A DNA stretch of 63,739 nucleotides, the filler included, from Choristocarpus tenellus KU-1152 (Eukaryota; Protista; Phaeophyceae), in NCBI GenBank assembly GCA_964200185.2. It is 10 parts of 10 records of this genome, joined end to end, with 100 filler letters (N's around TTAATTAATTAA, not from the genome) between each part and the next. Parts side by side here need not be neighbours in the genome. Positions count along the whole stretch, not along the records: positions 54,889 to 60,353 come from CAXNAD020010703.1; positions 60,454 to 63,739 come from CAXNAD020021032.1; 8 more parts are not named here. One strand, given 5' to 3'. This document shows positions 58,164-63,739 of this stretch, piece by piece. The notes below the pieces were generated by a model that was given only the letters and a program-made list of their open reading frames with translations, did not search any database and was not told the origin of the DNA. How positions within the stretch are numbered: position 1 is the stretch's first letter; every line of letters starts with the position of its first letter. A program made the position numbers and the translations under genes.

Positions 58164-58990
58164 CAGATTCACCTAACATGCTCCTACAGTGAATGGTCCT
58201 AGGACACAAGGCGCCCTCAGATAGGGGATGAAGTCGCCATAGTCACTTACTGATTGACTCGCTTGCGACCGTGTATTATATTGTCTTTTTCAACACTCTG
58301 TACTACAGACATAGAACAGCCATCATGCTTTTCATAGTTGAGGTCTCTTGAGGTTGCTTCCCCGTACAACGTGAGTCCGAGGCGAAGAGGATATTCGCTC
58401 ACAATCATTCGCCTAATGAGTCGGATGTGTGCTCGACCGATAGGGAGTGAGCCAGCTGAGCATCTCAGACAAGAGCCAATCATCATCACAGCTTGTCCCA
58501 CAATGATACTCATGCGACACTCACCCATCGTTTCCCTCATCATCCACCCCACTTCTATCGAAGATTCTCTTCCTGAAAAAAACGCCACCTCTTACCCTCT
58601 TACTCTGTATGGCTGTAAGAGGTATGCGAAGGATGATCTACTGGCGATGAGAGTTCAAAGACTGGTTTGAGTATACGACAACCAGTGCCTCATCTCACTC
58701 TTTCGAGAAATTTGGTATCGGCGTGACAGAAACGTTGAACGATTTCACCTGGTTGGTCGCTCCCCTCGCTCAGCATCCCTCTCATCCTCCTGTCCGTCAG
58801 AAGTGGAAACATATGCTGGTGGGCTCTTAGTTGGGAGGGGCTCCAAATTCAACTTCTGCATTAGAGTTGTATCCCATGTAATAGTTAGACTGGCATATAT
58901 GTTTTGGGCAAGTCGTTCACCATTGCAAGTTACCTGACAATCATCACAATGCATGCCCTTTGATGTTACAATCGGGAGGACTTTCAAGGA
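58164..58990 (-). mobile_element. Upstream part of the same degenerate CRE-like element, in opposite orientation
   Basis: Shares a perfect 104-bp segment with 54889-54992. Decayed ORF fragments resemble the region preceding the CCHC/RLE domain. Confidence 0.5.
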
Positions 58991-60686
58991 AAACCTCTCT
59001 TTTTACTATGCATCATTTGCACCAAGGATGAGGAATAAGAAACATACTATAAAGAGCTAGGTAATTTCCAGAATATATGGTGGTTTAGTGTACATGTCAC
59101 ATTTGAGTCACAACAGGAAGATTGATGCATTTAATCTGCTATCCCCTCAGCCTCCTAAATATTGGCGTGGCGTCTTTGCAAAGAAGATTGAAACACAGAA
59201 CTAGTTTGAGCTCTATGAGATGTTCTGTGTGGTGTTGCACATTCATTCTTGCTTACCCCCTAAATATCCACTGTCAGCTATATTATACTCGAAATAATTT
59301 TTGGAAATGGTGTAAATCAGTCACTTAACTATAACATGCAGACCTTTGCCATTCCTCTACTACTTGACACATCCAACCACTCCAGGGTTGGGAGCTTGCC
59401 AATTCAGCTCCATGACACACCAACTGCTTGATGTCCATGTATACGAGGGGTTCCGACTAGACATCACTCTCAGGTATCTGGTTGAACATGCCATCATGAG
59501 GACAAGTACCAAGAATTAAAAAATTTAGAGGTTGCAAAATTTATTGGAGAGAGAGAGGGAGGAAGTCGATGATGGAGAAAAATATAAATACATATATATA
59601 TGGATAGAAGAAGAAGTGGAGCTTGGGAGCAAAGTCCCAGGCTAGGAGAACTTTGATCTGTGAAATGAACCAGGATGGTATATTTCATGGGGATGACAAT
59701 ATTAGGAGTATACCAGTATGGGCATGAATGCGCTGCTGCAATTGTGCCTAGTGTATCAGAATTCAACCTCCTATATCGCTGCAGATGAGAATGACAAGAA
59801 TGTTTCAGTTGGTGAAACTCCCTCTACTTGGTTGTTTTGCCCTTACTGGGTGGCAGGGTACCATTGCAGGGATAGAGCTTGCATTGAATTCACACATGCA
59901 ACCTGTTGCAAAAGGTTGGGGACATCAGTGCTTCTAGATTGAGTGGAGAGAAACAAGGACTGCCAAGGAGGCTTGTCACGTCAGGGTGTAGGCAAGAGAC
60001 AAAGGTTTGTCTCAGAATGGACACATTGACAGCGATTTGATAAGTATGCAATGTGAGTGATGCCTTCTCCTTTCCGTGCCCTGCCTTACCCAGCCTATTG
60101 CCCTCGGCAGTTCTCAACATGGCCATTACAAGTATTTATTTATGACACCAGCCCAGTTCTCACTGTGCCCCTTGTTAGTCTCGTTTCCTCTTGTGCAGAG
60201 AGCTAGCCGTTGACCACATCAAGCGTAACAGTGATGTGTTTCAATTCTTCTTGGGAAATGCAGTGGCCCGAACCAGGACTCAGATGAAAGTGGGTACCCT
60301 CTAGTCAAAATCGCACTATGCGCAGTATCGTGCTGTATTTCGGTGTTTGTTCCNNNNNNNNNNNNNNNNNNNNNNNNNNNNNNNNNNNNNNNNNNNNTTA
60401 ATTAATTAANNNNNNNNNNNNNNNNNNNNNNNNNNNNNNNNNNNNNNNNNNNNTTTGTCCCAAATGGACACCCTGGTTTAGCCCCCCCCCCCCACCCACC
60501 CCCAGATACTTTGGGTCAACAATATATTGCCAAATACAATATTCATTCCCAAGTTGTGAAACAAGAAATGTGTATTGAACTAACCCTGACTGACTGTGAT
60601 CCTGAGTACTTTGAACTACTACTAAATTCATCACCACAACATCAATTTGGGACTTAATTTCCTCTCAACTTTCCTCTTGATAAAAG

Positions 60687-62351
60687 GAAGAAGTGATCCT
60701 GGAGGAGATCAGGAGGCTGTGCAACTCTATAAAACAGGCGCACAATATAGTCTTTGACTTCATAGTCACTGCTGTAGTCCAAGGGGCAACCAAGGCCTCC
60801 CGACGAGTACACAACCACTCTTTGGCCACGGTGAGATGTACTAGTGACAGATAGACAAAAAACCCCTCCAAAATAAGTAAAAGAAAAATTGTAGTTTATC
60901 ATATATTATTGCATATTAAGTGGTAAGGTAAGGAACATTGATAGACTAGTGCTGTGAGTCCAAAGACGGCACAAATATGTCATAAATCAGATCAAGATGA
61001 CTTTAAATGCTTTCTTGTATTTCATTCAATTGAAGTGTGCATGAAGCACCAAGCGTCTTGAGGTGTCCATGAGAAAACGCTGTACACCATGAGGAATTTT
61101 GAAAGTAATTCGGGCAGTGAGTGTACATGCAAGACAGTGATTGACAGATCAAAGTGTCTCGAGTGAAAGTATCTTAGGGTTAGGGTACGAGTTTTGCCCT
61201 GGTTGTCTGTTTGGGGCTTGGCTTCCCATGGCTTTTTTTATGACATTTTCCTACTCCAAAATGGATCAGAGTAGGCAAAATGTGTATGACAATGAAAGGT
61301 GTATCCGAGCAAGGATATTGACACTTCCTAACAAACATGATAGGAAAAATTACATCAAAATCGCGACATTGGATTTTGGCCCCCAAAAGGACGGGGCTCT
61401 ACCCTCTAAGATTACTTTGTCTTTTTGATTATGCTGTCTGATACTATTCAAATGAACAAATGGCTTGCTGAAAGTTGTGGTGATTCACTGCATAAAAAAT
61501 AGGTAATTGTCTTGCTACATACTTGGAGTCCTAGTGAATAAATGGGCATTTTTTTACATTGAGCGAATGGTGATCACGCAGTACACGCAGTACTTTAACA
61601 TATCCTACCTCCTTAAACACTCAACAGAAAAACAGGTTTAACTTAGGGATAGGTCTACTTGTTTCAACGAAAAATGAACCAAGTGGGCTTCAAGCAAGTA
61701 CATTTCGATAGATTGCATATTGGCCTTCCCAAGACTTGATAAAACGAGTAAACCAATATGTGCAATTAGGGTGTTAGGATTACATTTTTACCTGCTCTAT
61801 TGTGCACATATTGGTGGCGACATTATCCTCATAGTTGACCGGTCTCAGGTAGGAAGGCAGCTGCGCCCCCGAATGGACAAACCCTATAGCACTCTGAAAG
61901 GGAAGCTCAGCATGGAGTACAATGCTACCAGGTATTGTGTATATATTATTGTTGTTACAGTGCAGATGTAGTTCGTGGAACAAATTTAACATACAATAGG
62001 TTCGAATTTTTTTGTAGATAATAATAGTCAGTGATACACCTCCTTCCTTTACTTACTCGGGGTATGTAAATGGTTGAACAAAAAATTAAAAAAAACAAGT
62101 AAGGAAAACCTTATTTTCGCCCTCACAGCAGTGGGATTTTACCCTCCCCGGATGTCAAACCCTCTGGGTTGCCATAATGCAGAGGGGGGATCCTTCTATT
62201 AGGAGAGTCCCCCCCAATTTCCACATGCTTCTCACAGAGTCTTTCAAGGAGATGACCACCGCCCGTGCTGCCTGGGATGACCATCTGAGTGAGAAAGGGC
62301 AGCTTCACCAAATGTTTCGCCTGGGTTTGCAGCAGCCACAGGGGAGCTCAG
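60687..62351 (+). CDS. Candidate exons of an unknown gene (60687-60830, about 61849-61931, about 62129-62351)
   Basis: AG/GT-bounded open segments in AT-rich context. Phases are not fully reconciled and no family was recognised. Confidence 0.25.
61161..61423. mobile_element. MITE family B, complete diverged copy
   Basis: Same body; the left TIR carries TTAGGGTTAGGG. Confidence 0.85.
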
Positions 62352-62794
62352 GTGAGATGAACTGGCATAGAGAGCCAGTTCGAGATTGACAAGTAGAGCA
62401 AGATAGATGCGTTGATTATTTTTTCAAGTATACATACACACACACACATATATATATTAAACATGCACAAGTATCAATAGATTAAACTGATTGCGTGCTC
62501 TGCGGCTGGTACTGACCGTGAGGTGATGCAGACTACATCCTACACCTTGCCTGCAACAACTACATCCTACACCTCATTTATTTTTCGCTGCCTTGACCAT
62601 GTCCAAGCTTCTTCAACTTCAAAATTTGTACAGGTTGATCTTCTCTTGAACAGAGAATAGAAGTATAGTTTGTCTTTCAATTGAGCCAATGCAAATGAGG
62701 GGTACTCAGTTTTTGGCTGTTTTGAATTTTAAGTCACAATTTTCATCTTTTGACGTTCACCCCTATTTCCATGGATTAAGTGGTAAGGTTGACT

Positions 62795-62982
62795 GGCTCA
62801 AAGTATCCGGGGGGGGGGTGGTAACGTCTGTTCATTCTGGGTCGATTTTTTCATGTCACGATTTTTGGGTGATTTGGTTCCATGCGTCGGATGGATATAA
62901 TGTAAGTGCACTTTTCCTGGTCAGGGCCAGAATGGACACTCTGGTGTAGACCCCACCTTTCCCCCCCCAGATACTTTGAGCC
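62795..62982. mobile_element. MITE family A, complete copy in opposite orientation
   Basis: GGCTCAAAGTATC...GATACTTTGAGCC inverted ends; the body is the reverse complement of the 57480 copy. Confidence 0.88.
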
Positions 62983-63559
62983 ACTTAAGAACATTGTTTC
63001 TCTGTTGTTCGAAATTTTCCGACACATTCAGAAACGTCCCAATATATATGCATTTGTACAAAAAGTCGAATTTTGCACATTTGTCAGAACAAAAGTAAAC
63101 GAGAGGTACCAATGCTTTTTTTGGGGCGTTTTTCAGTTCAAGTCTTTTTTCCAATCTTTTGCAGTTCACTCATGCTTCAGTAATTGACATTCTAATTTTG
63201 ACTTGAGAGTGTTTATTTATCCATAGTTCAAAACATTTCCAACACAAATTCGGAAGAACTCCTGTACACATTTGTAAATAATTAAGTCGATTGTTGAAAA
63301 TATTTGTCAGCATCCTTAAAACGCAACTCTGAGGACCTCTTGTTTACTTTTTACTCAAATCACATGTACATACATACATCCCTCCATTCTCAAACACATG
63401 GCAATATACGTCTGTCCAGAGGGTTTCATCTGCAATAGAATCAGCAATCAAACAGAACACACACACAAGCATTTTCAGCTAAGAAATGAGGTGTCAGGCA
63501 AAATGTTGCAAAGGGGTCTTTAGGTTACATCTTTTAGGTGGTCCAGAAGAACCTTCTAT

Positions 63560-63739
63560 GACTCAAAGTATCTGGGAGGGGGTGGCAGCTGTCCATTTGG
63601 GTTCAATTTTTTCATGTCGCGATCTTTGGGTGATTTGGTTGCATACGTTGGATGGATAGTGTAAATGCCCTTTTCCTGATTTTGCCCAAAATGGACACCC
63701 TGGTGTAGACCCCCCCGCCACTCCCCCCCCGCACCCCTC
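63560..63739. mobile_element. MITE family A, near-complete copy; further partial ends at 23269-23292, 23461-23494, 26313-26410, 34331-34398, 54722-54788, 60454-60517
   Basis: CAAAGTATCTG(n) terminus in all; shared body at 26313, 60454 and 63560. Confidence 0.85.

Noticed and set aside
60199-60289. RELAVDHIKRNSDVFQFFL exon resembling an OTU deubiquitinase helix
   Set aside because: No GDGNC catalytic exon found on the contig; too short to support the call.
20289-60453. Recurrent TTAATTAATTAA motif flanked by Ns
   Set aside because: Artificial concatenation linker; gene neighbourhoods across linkers carry no biological meaning.

Overview
This window is eukaryotic, intron-rich nuclear DNA from a photosynthetic stramenopile (ochrophyte), most likely a brown alga. 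The evidence is a nuclear psbO with a bipartite SVDA|FVP plastid presequence, 126-nt TPR cassette exons and TTAGGG repeats. It is not one locus: about 10 unrelated contigs are joined by 100-bp N44-TTAATTAATTAA-N44 linkers (contigs 1-20288, 20389-23292, 23393-26410, 26511-34398, 34499-38195, 38296-44654, 44755-47727, 47828-54788, 54889-60353, 60454-63739). Genes reconstructed by hand from GT-AG sites: complete psbO, MED10 and an SGNH-fold protein that lacks the catalytic Ser; partial TMEM181/Wntless-like, DHX34, type II/gamma PI4-kinase, UTP18, an OAC1/SLC25A35-like mitochondrial carrier and NB-ARC-TPR-type exons. Mobile DNA: two high-copy MITE families with shared termini and 4-bp TSDs, a Cys-rich (Sola2-like?) transposase relic, a full-length dead mariner, a copia gag relic, a CRE-like RLE retrotransposon split around a perfect 104-bp inverted repeat, a SINE-like family that forms a hairpin, minisatellites and many interstitial telomeric tracts. 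I found no clearly new multi-gene system. The strongest leads are the TPR cassette exon with a dead splice donor, the shared-end MITE network and its possible transposase, the SGNH pseudo-enzyme, and a CpG-decay footprint in the repeats. All family calls come from motif recognition by eye, without database searches.
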